This document shows, in pieces, positions 49,026 through 58,292 of a stretch of DNA of 64,000 bases. The stretch lies in the IMG/VR virus record IMGVR_UViG_3300044695_005756, positions 30,519-94,518 of that record; one strand, 5' to 3'. The notes beneath the pieces were generated by a model. The model did no database searches. It was not told the DNA's origin and saw only the letters and a list, made by a program, of their open reading frames with translations. Position numbers and translations under genes: made by a program. Each line of letters opens with the position of its first letter. The first letter of the stretch is position 1. This DNA is from a virus.

Positions 49026-49589
49026 TTAGATATAGTGTAAATAACCACCGATAATATATTTTGCGCTGCTAATCGGTGGATATGCAACGTGTGGATGTGT
49101 CCATAAAGGTGGAAACATCAACAACTTTCCTGCTTTTGGTTGAATCTTTAATTTTGGTTGAGTATTTCTATTCAATTGAAATCCAGTTTCACCGCCTTCT
49201 TCTACATCATTTAAATACCAAAAATAGACTAAGAATCTTCGTGCTGATGAATAATCATTTACGTCAACGTGAAATTTGAAGTAATCTTTCGAATTAGGCA
49301 AATATCTTTTCATTCTCAGTTCTTCGTAGCCATTTTGTTTTGGCCATGAACGATCATCAACACCAACATCTTGTTTGTATCGTTTCAGATATGCCTGCAT
49401 TGTGCCAATCAAAATCTGAAGTTCTTCGTTCCAATCATCTGGATTTCGATTTAAATTAATCTCAGTAAACGAACGATGATTCTCAAGATATGTTACTACA
49501 TGTTGTTCGGGATGCGCTTCAAATTTTTTGATTATTCTATCACACAAATCCTGTGATAGAACATTATCATATGTTTTAACATAACTCAT
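49026..49589 (-). CDS. 2OG-Fe(II) oxygenase (prolyl-hydroxylase-like)
   Basis: HVD, YLNDVEEGGET, FPPLWTHPH and KY motifs; start reassigned to MSYVK. Confidence 0.88.
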   Translation of the reverse strand: MSYVKTYDNVLSQDLCDRIIKKFEAHPEQHVVTYLENHRSFTEINLNRNPDDWNEELQILIGTMQAYLKRYKQDVGVDDRSWPKQNGYEELRMKRYLPNSKDYFKFHVDVNDYSSARRFLVYFWYLNDVEEGGETGFQLNRNTQPKLKIQPKAGKLLMFPPLWTHPHVAYPPISSAKYIIGGYLHYI

Positions 49590-49593
49590 AATT

Positions 49594-49773
49594 TTATGTA
49601 ACGTAATGACTTCGACTGTGATATGGATAATTTTGTCTAATATACTTCTTTTCAATCTTTGCAGTAGTATTTTTTTCTATTTCATCAATTTCTGTTATCA
49701 TCTCTTTTTCGATTTCTTTGGTAATGTAATCGTTTAACAATGCTACTTTTTTCTGCAAAGATTTTTTAGACAT
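49594..49773 (-). CDS. Small hypothetical protein (59 aa, MSKKSLQKKVALL...)
   Basis: AAGGAG RBS; fills the intergenic gap; below the ORF-track cutoff. Confidence 0.6.
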   Translation of the reverse strand: MSKKSLQKKVALLNDYITKEIEKEMITEIDEIEKNTTAKIEKKYIRQNYPYHSRSHYVT

Positions 49774-49806
49774 ATACGCTCCTTGTGCAAAGTTCGCATA
49801 ATGTAG

Positions 49807-50109
49807 TTACTGCCCAAATTTTCCTAAATGTTTATCAACAATTCTTTGTGTTTGTGATTCACTAATTGATTTTTTACCGTGACGATTAGCCACAGTAGAT
49901 TGTTTGTGATTCTCGGAAACTTTTGCTAGAACTTCTTTAAAACCGTCTGGTATTTTACCAGTAATTGATACACCACTTACAGTAGAAGTGGCGCCAAGAA
50001 CTTGTTGGATGTGTGGATTCGCTTTGAGAAATTCTTCACGCGCTGCAATGCTCATGAATTGCTCAAACTCTTCACCAGTTTGTGTATTATAAAAATCGTA
50101 TGTAGGCAT
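49807..50109 (-). CDS. FmdB-like regulatory protein
   Basis: MPTYDF...TGEEFE, NPHI.QV, DGFKEVL motifs. Confidence 0.75.
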   Translation of the reverse strand: MPTYDFYNTQTGEEFEQFMSIAAREEFLKANPHIQQVLGATSTVSGVSITGKIPDGFKEVLAKVSENHKQSTVANRHGKKSISESQTQRIVDKHLGKFGQ

Positions 50110-50114
50110 CAATC

Positions 50115-50657
50115 TTATATAGTCAAATACCACTCAGGCACAGGACGTTTTGTCCATCGTGCAAAGTGAGTTTTTCTCTCATTGTAATATTTATGATATG
50201 ATGCAAGCGAATCATTGGCTATCTTGCAGTCATCGGGCATTGCAGGCGTTGGTTCAGTTTCACGCAGACCAACAGAAATTTTTTCTGGTGGCTGTGCAAG
50301 AATATCTCTCAGTCGCGCACACGCATGAACTTTACCATATCGATGTGTGTACTCATCAAGTAAATGACACCACATTTCATACAACCATTTGTAGTTCAAA
50401 TGATTCGCTCGGGCCCACACATTTGATGGATGATTAATATGTGATGCTTTCATTAAACGCTGTTCACGTTCATCAGACAAACGCCAACGCTTGATCTTTC
50501 GATTATTTGCTGTTAGATCGGTATATTCTTGACCGTCACAAATTCTATGTGCCGTGGACAAAAGTTGTGCGTACTCAATAATCATTTTTACCACATGCTT
50601 ATCGCAATGGTATTCAGCACAAAGTTTTGGATCATGTGAGAGATAAAATATATTCAT
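50115..50657 (-). CDS. Pyrimidine-dimer DNA glycosylase-like protein (DenV/Pyr_excise family)
   Basis: MNIFYL...A..HCDKHVVKMIIEYAQLLSTAH, HINHPS, EYTHRYGKVH motifs. Confidence 0.75.
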   Translation of the reverse strand: MNIFYLSHDPKLCAEYHCDKHVVKMIIEYAQLLSTAHRICDGQEYTDLTANNRKIKRWRLSDEREQRLMKASHINHPSNVWARANHLNYKWLYEMWCHLLDEYTHRYGKVHACARLRDILAQPPEKISVGLRETEPTPAMPDDCKIANDSLASYHKYYNERKTHFARWTKRPVPEWYLTI

Positions 50658-50896
50658 TCTTGTTTATTGTCTGGATCATCTGGAGTCATTTTACTCATAA
50701 TGTAAACAAACGCTATAAACTGAACTGCGCCATAAGCACCACCGAGTGCTAGTAGGCCCATGAAAAAAACCGCGATATGAAATTTTTGTCGCGGTGTGAA
50801 TAAATTGCCATAAAAATTTGCAGTACCAATAGCTTCGATGGCTTGTTCTTCAAGTTTTAAATACTTGTCAACAAGCCATGCTTTAAGTTTCGACAT
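50654..50896 (-). CDS. Small membrane protein
   Basis: GAGG RBS before MSKLK; C-terminal hydrophobic segment. Confidence 0.55.
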   Translation of the reverse strand: MSKLKAWLVDKYLKLEEQAIEAIGTANFYGNLFTPRQKFHIAVFFMGLLALGGAYGAVQFIAFVYIMSKMTPDDPDNKQE

Positions 50897-50997
50897 TTTT
50901 ACCTCATAAAAGAAGGGGCACGTGGATGTCATCCCGACATTCATTGTTGTTTAATGATAAGCCTATGTCCCGCTGACGGCTACCACCCCGAAACTGA

Positions 50998-51387
50998 TTA
51001 TTCGGTGATTTCTTCTACTTCAAGAATTTCTTTCTCAACAGATTTAGAAGATTTAGAAGATTTTGCAGGTTTAGCTTTTAGATCAGCCAATGTATTTACA
51101 CCACCGTCGCGACCGACAATAGGTGTCACAGAAAGACCTTTAGGTGTCAACATCTTATCGATCATTTCTTGTACATTGACAAGTTCATAACCTTCAACTT
51201 TACGACCATTTTTGTGTGTCTTAACGACACCGCCGTGAATCTTGATGCAGTAAACTTCACAACTGATTCGATACATGTTGTGATAGTCCATCGTATCTTC
51301 GATTTCTTTAAGTGTAACTTTACCACCGTTACACAGAATCATTAAAAGGCGTTCTGAACGAACAGGTTTCACAGATTTATTTGCCAT
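50998..51387 (-). CDS. Hypothetical early protein (winged-HTH-like)
   Basis: Start MANKS with GGAG RBS, downstream of a sigma70-type promoter. Confidence 0.55.
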   Translation of the reverse strand: MANKSVKPVRSERLLMILCNGGKVTLKEIEDTMDYHNMYRISCEVYCIKIHGGVVKTHKNGRKVEGYELVNVQEMIDKMLTPKGLSVTPIVGRDGGVNTLADLKAKPAKSSKSSKSVEKEILEVEEITE

Positions 51388-51421
51388 AATAAAAAACTCC
51401 ATTTTCAACAGTAGAAATTAT

Positions 51422-51450
51422 AGTATAGCAAAGCTTGACCGAAATGTCAA
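51422..51450 (-). promoter_or_regulatory. Sigma70-type early promoter TTGACA-N17-TATACT
   Basis: Consensus hexamers with 17-bp spacer. Confidence 0.8.
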
Positions 51451-51453
51451 GCA

Positions 51454-51846
51454 TCACAATACCTCGTTTTTCCGACCAAGACTTGCAGGATTCATACCAG
51501 GAGTAACGTAAGTATAACTACTCTTGTGTATGGGAGCCGTACAAGATGCAACATCATTCACAATCTCACGGTCGGATGCGGTGAGTTTGTGATAGTCTTT
51601 CATGATACCCGTCTTTGTCAAAGCACCCTTATGAGTGTCTGGCAAGCTTGGTGCGCGTTTTATATCGCGTGGCACACGATATGCCACTATAGGCTTGCTT
51701 TTGACTTGTTTCGATGCTGTAGCCGGGAAACGACCGCCAGATGGCAACGGTATTTTGTTGATTGAAGCAATGAAATCTTGCTGCTCTTGCAATTGCTTTT
51801 TTGTCAACTTGCGTTTCTTCGACTTGCTGTAGATTTGTATCATCAT
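51454..51846 (-). CDS. Hypothetical basic early protein
   Basis: Lys-rich; APIHKSSY motif; own promoter. Confidence 0.6.
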   Translation of the reverse strand: MMIQIYSKSKKRKLTKKQLQEQQDFIASINKIPLPSGGRFPATASKQVKSKPIVAYRVPRDIKRAPSLPDTHKGALTKTGIMKDYHKLTASDREIVNDVASCTAPIHKSSYTYVTPGMNPASLGRKNEVL

Positions 51847-51855
51847 AATGTTACC

Positions 51856-51884
51856 ATTATATCAAAATTTATGGAAAGTGTCAA
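51856..51884 (-). promoter_or_regulatory. Sigma70-type early promoter TTGACA-N17-TATAAT
   Basis: Perfect consensus. Confidence 0.85.
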
Positions 51885-51888
51885 GACA

Positions 51889-52245
51889 TTAGTTGGTAAT
51901 GTTTTGTTTCACTTTTGTAATGTGCTTACATTTGTTGTGATATTTGAAACCTATGCATGAACAGGAAAAATGCTGTCCTGATAATGTTACGATGTATTCA
52001 CCTTTTGAACCAGCAACTTTAAACTTACGAATATTTGTTGTTGAACCTTTAAGTATTTTCAAATCAACAACATTTACAAGATTAATAACTGACACAGGAA
52101 ACTCAGAATTGCCTGTTTGTAAACAAAATTCGTCAGCACTTAGCCAACGATATGGATTGACAACCACTCCAGTAAGAGTGATAGATTTAGTAATATATTG
52201 ACAATTTACGGCAATTGTCGAGCCGACAGATGGCAGATTTTTCAT
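51889..52245 (-). CDS. SWIM zinc-finger protein
   Basis: V.GSKG..Y.V...CSC.GF....CKH motif. Confidence 0.8.
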   Translation of the reverse strand: MKNLPSVGSTIAVNCQYITKSITLTGVVVNPYRWLSADEFCLQTGNSEFPVSVINLVNVVDLKILKGSTTNIRKFKVAGSKGEYIVTLSGQHFSCSCIGFKYHNKCKHITKVKQNITN

Positions 52246-52254
52246 AGTACAACC

Positions 52255-52283
52255 AGTATACTACGACATCCACCAATTGTCAA
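52255..52283 (-). promoter_or_regulatory. Sigma70-type early promoter TTGACA-N17-TATACT
   Basis: Consensus hexamers with 17-bp spacer. Confidence 0.8.
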
Positions 52284-52289
52284 GCGGTA

Positions 52290-52466
52290 TTAACCTTTTA
52301 GCAACTGCTGTCCACTCTCTTCACGCATATCTTCCTCAAAATCTTGCATATTCAATTTAGCAAGTTCGACACGCAGACTGTCTAACTGGATTTTATCCAA
52401 ATTAGATTCGGCAATTTTTGCTTCCAGTTCCGCTATGCGTTTTTTAATTTGTTCTCTATAAGACAT
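52290..52466 (-). CDS. Small coiled-coil protein (58 aa, MSYREQIKKRIAELE...)
   Basis: Open frame below the cutoff, overlapping the upstream stop; ends QQLLKG. Confidence 0.6.
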   Translation of the reverse strand: MSYREQIKKRIAELEAKIAESNLDKIQLDSLRVELAKLNMQDFEEDMREESGQQLLKG

Positions 52467-52608
52467 AATCTTTTTCCTGTTTCAGTAAACGATACAAAGA
52501 TTTATCATGATGTTTTTGATTCTTCGCTTGTTGATTTTCATACTGCTCACGGTTTTTGTGAAATTTAGTTTTTTTGGGTTTTTGAAATTTCTTACCGCCA
52601 GACAACAT
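52456..52608 (-). CDS. Small basic hypothetical protein
   Basis: AGGAG RBS before MLSGGKKFQKPKK. Confidence 0.55.
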   Translation of the reverse strand: MLSGGKKFQKPKKTKFHKNREQYENQQAKNQKHHDKSLYRLLKQEKDYVL

Positions 52609-52619
52609 ACTTATTACTC

Positions 52620-53153
52620 CTAAAAGATAATATCTGCAATACCATACTCGACCAGTTCTTCTGCTGACAACCAAACATCAGTTGGTCGCAGAAACTTAGC
52701 CTTTACATCTTTAACTGAAAGTTTAGAACAATCAGAAAGAATCTTTGCCATTTTGTGATGATACCTATCACACTCTTTGGCATAAGCCCGCATATCATGA
52801 TATTTGCCACCCATTTCATCATTAAATTGGTGAATCATAATTGTCGTGTTTTTACCGACTGCACGATAACCTTTTTCACCAGCAGCAAATATTACGAATG
52901 CAGCACTCATTAAATTACCATATGCAAGTGTGCGAACAGGCACACCCACACCTAACATTAAATCTGCAAGTCCTATTGCATCACCTAAGTTTCCACCTTC
53001 TGAGTTAATGTGCAATGTTAAGGGCTTTTCAATCTTGTTAAATTTTGCGTATAATATCCAACGTGACGCAGCTTCAATAATTGTCGGATCAATATTACCT
53101 GACAAAAAATGTGCATACGATTCAAAAGATATTTCATTGTCTTTGTCGTTCAT
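52620..53153 (-). CDS. clpP: ClpP-family serine protease
   Basis: L.INSEGG, catalytic Ser in MSAA, IMIHQ (His), DVWLSAEELVEYGIAD (Asp). Confidence 0.88.
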   Translation of the reverse strand: MNDKDNEISFESYAHFLSGNIDPTIIEAASRWILYAKFNKIEKPLTLHINSEGGNLGDAIGLADLMLGVGVPVRTLAYGNLMSAAFVIFAAGEKGYRAVGKNTTIMIHQFNDEMGGKYHDMRAYAKECDRYHHKMAKILSDCSKLSVKDVKAKFLRPTDVWLSAEELVEYGIADIIF

Positions 53154-54087
53154 ACCAATTATATGCGGTTCTCAAAATAGATTGTAAATTGTGTTTGGGT
53201 TTGAAATTAAGATGGTGTCTAGCCGAATCTGAGTTTGCGACAAGTCTTCTTGGATCGCCTTCTCTTCTTGGACCAACAGTATATTGAATAGAAACATTAA
53301 GTTCTTTTTGTGCAGCATCAATTACTTCTAATATAGTATATCCTCTTGCTACTCCAAGATTGAATAGCGTAGGTTGATTGTTACCTCTAGTTTGCAAATA
53401 TTCGTCTGCTAATATGTGTGCATCAGCAACGTCGGATACATGCACATAATCACGAATACATGTACCGTCTATTGTTTGATAATCGTTTCCGTTTATCACG
53501 AACTTTTCATTATTTAGACTCCTGAACATTAGCGGAATCAAATGTGTCTCTGGTTCATGATCTTCACCCATTTCTCCATCTGGATCAGCACCAGCAAGAT
53601 TAAAGAAGCGAAAAATAATATGATTAACTTTCGCATCACGAATCGCACACTCAGCAGCATACTTGCTGTTTGCATACGGATTATTATTGTCTATCTCAGC
53701 TTTCTCAGAAAGAGAGGTAAACTGCGACCGATAAACACCAGCGGTAGATGAATAAACAATATTTGTAACACCAAATCTTCTCATTGTATTCAATAGATTG
53801 CAAGTGCCACCAACATTGACATCCCAAAACTCTTCAGGATGTTCAACTGACTCACCAACTTCAATACGACCAGCTAAATGAAAAACAACATCTGGCTTCC
53901 AGTTCGTAAAAACTCTTGATAAATCTTGATAAGAACGTATGTCACCTGGATGATATACGTCCCAGTACAAATCGTTTCGAGGAGTTTTTATATCAAAACA
54001 AACTGTATAGTAACCTACTTTTTTTAGTGCCTTGCCAAGATGTGAACCAAGATACCCTGATCCACCAGTCACTAATGCGGTTCTCAT
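53134..54087 (-). CDS. galE: UDP-glucose 4-epimerase (GalE-like NAD-dependent epimerase)
   Basis: TGGSGYLGSH, VGESV, YSSTA, YANSK, FNLAGA, ETHLIP, DGTCIRDYVHV motifs. Confidence 0.9.
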   Translation of the reverse strand: MRTALVTGGSGYLGSHLGKALKKVGYYTVCFDIKTPRNDLYWDVYHPGDIRSYQDLSRVFTNWKPDVVFHLAGRIEVGESVEHPEEFWDVNVGGTCNLLNTMRRFGVTNIVYSSTAGVYRSQFTSLSEKAEIDNNNPYANSKYAAECAIRDAKVNHIIFRFFNLAGADPDGEMGEDHEPETHLIPLMFRSLNNEKFVINGNDYQTIDGTCIRDYVHVSDVADAHILADEYLQTRGNNQPTLFNLGVARGYTILEVIDAAQKELNVSIQYTVGPRREGDPRRLVANSDSARHHLNFKPKHNLQSILRTAYNWYERQRQ

Positions 54088-54575
54088 CTATCTCGTTCCG
54101 ATAAAATAGGATTTTTAATTGGCCAGTAAATATTAAATCGATCATCGTTCCACTTTACCGTATACTGTGATTTGCGGTCATAGTATTGGTCAAGTTTATA
54201 ACTGAATACACAATGTTCAGACATTACCAAGTGTGCATTGCCATGTTTTGGTGGTAACAATACTTGATATCCGTTTCTATCAGATAAAGTGAATTCTTGC
54301 CATTGTCCATATTGATCCGAATCTTCATCAAGGTTAATTACAATTTGATAGATTGTGCCGTGTAAACATGAAACAAGTTTTGTTGTGCAGTCATCACCAT
54401 GAATACCACGCAATGTATGTCTACGTGAAGTTGAAACACTATCTAAAATAAAATTCACTCCTAACTGTGCATAATTCTCTTTGTGCCACGTTTCGATGTT
54501 CGTGCCACGATAGTCTTCGTGTACGGTAGGTTTGATTAGTTTAACGCCTTTGAGGCTTGTATCTTCGATTATCAT
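54084..54575 (-). CDS. rmlC: dTDP-4-dehydrorhamnose 3,5-epimerase (RmlC family)
   Basis: DYRG, S.SRRHTLRGIH, KLV.C..G, WND...I.WP...ILSERD motifs. Confidence 0.85.
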   Translation of the reverse strand: MIIEDTSLKGVKLIKPTVHEDYRGTNIETWHKENYAQLGVNFILDSVSTSRRHTLRGIHGDDCTTKLVSCLHGTIYQIVINLDEDSDQYGQWQEFTLSDRNGYQVLLPPKHGNAHLVMSEHCVFSYKLDQYYDRKSQYTVKWNDDRFNIYWPIKNPILSERDR

Positions 54576-55330
54576 TATCCACTCACTATAGTTATACCAG
54601 GTCCAACAACATACTCTTCTTTAATTTCTTTTTTCCATGGAAATCCATCGACATAGTTCTTTTCATTTTCTTTATTACCTTTTTCAAAGAACTCGGCGTT
54701 TACTGAATTAGGATTACCATCTAATCGATAACACAACGAATATTCTCTTGAGCAGGAAAAATTAGGATAGTATTGTTTTAGTGCATTGAAAAATTGTCTA
54801 TCTGCACCCCATTGCCCATACCAAGCTTGACCTAATCTTCGTGCAATGTCAGCTTTAACCATGAATGACGATGTATCAATGTGAAACGCATCTTTATTGA
54901 AGTAAATTGGCCATTGACCTAACGACTCACAGTTATCTTCACAAATAAAATTACCTTGTTTGTCAAAAATCTTTCTTAGTGAGTATGACCAGTCAACACC
55001 TTTTTTAAGTTTTTCCACAAGTTTCTCAACATGATTAGGCTCAAACCAATTATCCTCATCAAGATAACATATAGCATCAGCGTTAACCAAGAAGCCACAT
55101 GCAGCGTATATACGATGCCCGTACCAACCTTTACCAATGTTTTCTTGCAAACGGATTGTTTTGGTTCTTGTTGCGCCTTGAAGTTGATTCCAGATTTTGT
55201 CGCCATGCTCGTCCTCTCCATCAAGAACAATGTAATGTGTCAAATTTTCGTATGTTTGCTCATCAACAGATTGAAGACATTTACTTAAAGTTTTTGCTCC
55301 GATTGTCGGAGTTACGACTGCTACTTTCAT
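54575..55330 (-). CDS. Glycosyltransferase family 2
   Basis: VAVVTPT, SV..QTY, YLDEDNW (DxD), GADR motifs. Confidence 0.85.
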   Translation of the reverse strand: MKVAVVTPTIGAKTLSKCLQSVDEQTYENLTHYIVLDGEDEHGDKIWNQLQGATRTKTIRLQENIGKGWYGHRIYAACGFLVNADAICYLDEDNWFEPNHVEKLVEKLKKGVDWSYSLRKIFDKQGNFICEDNCESLGQWPIYFNKDAFHIDTSSFMVKADIARRLGQAWYGQWGADRQFFNALKQYYPNFSCSREYSLCYRLDGNPNSVNAEFFEKGNKENEKNYVDGFPWKKEIKEEYVVGPGITIVSG

Positions 55331-55421
55331 CTTTCACCTTTTTCTTAAAGATTTTGTCCCAGTTATCATTAAATTTTTCACGAGGTATTTCAATAGGTCT
55401 AGGTTTCGATCCCTTACTCAT
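55281..55421 (-). CDS. Small hypothetical protein (MSKGSKPRP...NWDKIF)
   Basis: Short motif family common in phages; fills the gap between the cytidylyltransferase and GT2 genes. Confidence 0.45.
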   Translation of the reverse strand: MSKGSKPRPIEIPREKFNDNWDKIFKKKVKDESSSRNSDNRSKNFK

Positions 55422-55854
55422 TCCAATTCCTTAATAACCAAGATGAAGAATTTTTCTTGTTGCTGCCACCCACACCATATACAAAGTTAATATTTGGTAC
55501 ACTTGCTTCTGCATTATTTGTTTCATTACGATCACCACCATTTGCAAACCAGATTGAATAATTTGAAAGTGTAGGTAAAACATTACAATAGTGATCTCTC
55601 ACACGTTCAAGTAAATCACACGCGGTGCCATCAGAATCGTCAAACTCCCATACTTCATCAACCCAACGAATTGATTCCAATACTGCTTTGCGTTCGTGAA
55701 TGTTCATGAATGGCTTACCTTTCTTGCGTGTGAGCCAAGCATCAGAGTTTACGCCAACGATAAGTTTATCACCCATGCCCGATGCTTCACGCAGCAATGC
55801 AAGGTGTCCAGAATGAATGGGATCAAATCCACCAGAGACAACGACTATTTTCAT
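55414..55854 (-). CDS. Nucleotidyltransferase, cytidylyltransferase-like (RfaE domain II/TagD family)
   Basis: SGGFDPIHSGH (HxGH), LIVGVNSD.WL.RKKG, FANGGDR, KKNSSS motifs. Confidence 0.88.
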   Translation of the reverse strand: MKIVVVSGGFDPIHSGHLALLREASGMGDKLIVGVNSDAWLTRKKGKPFMNIHERKAVLESIRWVDEVWEFDDSDGTACDLLERVRDHYCNVLPTLSNYSIWFANGGDRNETNNAEASVPNINFVYGVGGSNKKNSSSWLLRNWNE

Positions 55855-56282
55855 ATGACTAAATCAGGAAATGCTTCTTTGACTAGATTAGCGGTAAGAT
55901 TTTTTACCTTGAACTTTTTTTGAAAAACATCAAGAATGATAGCAGCTTCATCACGATGAAGTGATTCTACCATAACTAAAATTTGTTGCGTGGTTTTTTC
56001 TGTGGTAAATCCTGGTGGTCGCATTGGATGATTTTTAATAAATCTATACATCTTGGGCATTTGTGTGTCAAGATATGCATAGTTTAAGCCAGCAGGTTCT
56101 TTTGCTGGACGGTATCTATCTGGCAATGCAATATCAAACTCAATTGCTGGATTAAACGCTAGTTGAAGAAAGAAACGAAATCGTTCATCGCCTTCACGGC
56201 GTAAAAGATTAATTCGTTCTTGTTTAGTTGATGCGTTTTCAAACTCATCAAATATTTCAGAATACAGTTTTTCGGAACTCAT
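55851..56282 (-). CDS. Conserved T4-like hypothetical protein
   Basis: ESLHRDEA and LT..LVKEAFP motifs typical of the ORF next to rnh in T4-like phages. Confidence 0.7.
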   Translation of the reverse strand: MSSEKLYSEIFDEFENASTKQERINLLRREGDERFRFFLQLAFNPAIEFDIALPDRYRPAKEPAGLNYAYLDTQMPKMYRFIKNHPMRPPGFTTEKTTQQILVMVESLHRDEAAIILDVFQKKFKVKNLTANLVKEAFPDLVI

Positions 56283-57457
56283 TATGTTCTCTCTAAAAGT
56301 TTGGGTATTAACACATTAGGTGATATATGATCATTATATAAATTCATCATGTTGTCTTTCATTTTTTCAAATGATACAGACTCGATTTTTTGTCTTATAG
56401 TATCTGGACTATCATTTGCTTGAATGTAAACGCATGCCTCATAGTCATCGATAACTTTTGGCAATCTATCATTTTTTGAAAACTGAACGTAAACTGGTAC
56501 AGTCATATTGATAATACTTTCAGCGAATCTTGCGGGAAGCACACTCTTCCATTGTTTATAACTTTTTTCAGCATCATTCAAAAAACTTGCTGGCATAGTT
56601 GCAGTCAAAATTGAAAAACGCGATTCTGCAACTTTATCCAAATAATCTTTAGTTGCGCTAAGATAATTATCTGGCTTTGTAGTTTTGCCTTCGGTATAAA
56701 CGAAGAAACTTTTATCGGGTAGACTAGTTTGCATCAGTTCTAAAGCAACGCCTCTATGCTCACGACCTAGTCCAATAGGACCTATGAAACAAAAGTCGGT
56801 AGTTTTATCTTCCATCGTCGTTTTGTTTAGTGCCATTGATGAGCAAGGAAAATAGCTTAGTTCATCCGCTAAATCTTTTCTCTTATTTGCAAGCAGGTAC
56901 GGAATCATCTCTTCATATAAGACCACTGTTTTATCAGACACCACAATGTGTGAAGAAATTAGATTAAACAAATCTCCACCTCTTGGCCAAGCATCTGGTA
57001 TAATTGAAATGACTCTAACTTCTTTTCCTTTTTTTCTATATGATTTAATCTTGTTGAAGATATGAATCATGTTAGGAGAAAGATATGGTTCAATGTTCCA
57101 CAAAAATAGAAAATTAATAGTTTCGGATATCTTACTTGCTTGATCAAAGCATTCATCAATAGAATCGAAATCAACATCGAGTGGAGTTAATTCTCTGAGT
57201 TCAAATTTTTCTTGCTGCTTAGGATCATATGGTGCAATACATGATGCAACATCTTTGTGAAAATAAGCCGTCACAACAAAATCCGCAAGACTCCATTTGG
57301 GTTCAAAAAGAGGTATTTTGTGATATTGTTGAAAAGATGTTCGTAGGTGATATACCATATCAGATTCAATTGGATTCGGTGGAAAGATAACCCAATTGTT
57401 TACACCAGCAGTAATGAAAGGTGGTGCAATAAGTATTACGGAATCAGAACTCATCAA
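56282..57457 (-). CDS. Hypothetical protein, possibly glycosyltransferase-like
   Basis: DFCFIG...R, Y...AESRFS and RFAESI resemble GT-B/exostosin-like C-terminal motifs; adjacent to sugar genes. Confidence 0.4.
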   Translation of the reverse strand: MMSSDSVILIAPPFITAGVNNWVIFPPNPIESDMVYHLRTSFQQYHKIPLFEPKWSLADFVVTAYFHKDVASCIAPYDPKQQEKFELRELTPLDVDFDSIDECFDQASKISETINFLFLWNIEPYLSPNMIHIFNKIKSYRKKGKEVRVISIIPDAWPRGGDLFNLISSHIVVSDKTVVLYEEMIPYLLANKRKDLADELSYFPCSSMALNKTTMEDKTTDFCFIGPIGLGREHRGVALELMQTSLPDKSFFVYTEGKTTKPDNYLSATKDYLDKVAESRFSILTATMPASFLNDAEKSYKQWKSVLPARFAESIINMTVPVYVQFSKNDRLPKVIDDYEACVYIQANDSPDTIRQKIESVSFEKMKDNMMNLYNDHISPNVLIPKLLERT

Positions 57458-58292
57458 TAACTTCCAAAAGATTTTTTAGTTTGTTTGCAATCATATAATT
57501 CATAAAGTGCTGTTTGGTGTGACCAGTCGCACTCTCATATGTATCTATGATATTTTTCTGCAATTGTTCAGGTATTTTTGTCAAGTCAATCATCATTTCG
57601 TTGCGTTTGTAATTACGCAGCATTTCACCCTCACAAAATTCTTCTGGTGCTTGATTGAGCCAATTGATTATCTTAGCTTCAGTAATAGGTCGCTGGCGCA
57701 CACCATTCACAATGCTATCATCAGCAGACAGAATGTTGGGTATGCCATCACCCTTATCACCACGAATAATCATCTGCTTCAACTGCACCGCTGGCAAAGG
57801 TTCTTTGATGAACTTCTTGAGTATAGGTGAATACTGTTCAACATTGTCAAATTTCTGCAATTGTGCAAAGTCTTTATCGGAAGACAATATCATTACCTTC
57901 TGATGTGCAGAATATCGAATGGTCAATGTGGCAATGATATCATCAGCCTCAGCGGTATCAACATCAATGACCTTATATGGTGAATGTTCTTTCAATTCTT
58001 CTTTGATTTTGTGTAAACACTCAAAGATAGAATTCCAGTCATGCCCAGATGCATCGCGTGTCTTTTTACGACCAGCTTTGTATTGTGGAAACAACTCACG
58101 GCGCCAGTAATTACGATTGTCACATGCAATGACAACTTCTGGTCCATGTGATGCTTTGAACTTTTTAACATAGGTGCGAATGACATTCAATATCATATGT
58201 CGTACCAATGCTTCTTCAACAGATTTTTTAGATGAACCGATCTGTTCCATCAGCGTAGAGATGGCTACTTGATTGTAATCAAAGATTATCAT
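57444..58292 (-). CDS. rnh: RNase H / 5'-3' exonuclease (T4 rnh)
   Basis: IACD..NYWRR..FP.YKA.RK, EADDII, SSDKDF.QL, GDKGDGIPN motifs. Confidence 0.95.
   Translation of the reverse strand: MIIFDYNQVAISTLMEQIGSSKKSVEEALVRHMILNVIRTYVKKFKASHGPEVVIACDNRNYWRRELFPQYKAGRKKTRDASGHDWNSIFECLHKIKEELKEHSPYKVIDVDTAEADDIIATLTIRYSAHQKVMILSSDKDFAQLQKFDNVEQYSPILKKFIKEPLPAVQLKQMIIRGDKGDGIPNILSADDSIVNGVRQRPITEAKIINWLNQAPEEFCEGEMLRNYKRNEMMIDLTKIPEQLQKNIIDTYESATGHTKQHFMNYMIANKLKNLLEVIDEF

Noticed and set aside
50970-50996. Hammerhead ribozyme (CTGACGG...GAAAC on the plus strand)
   Set aside because: The core deviates from CUGANGA and stem II cannot form.
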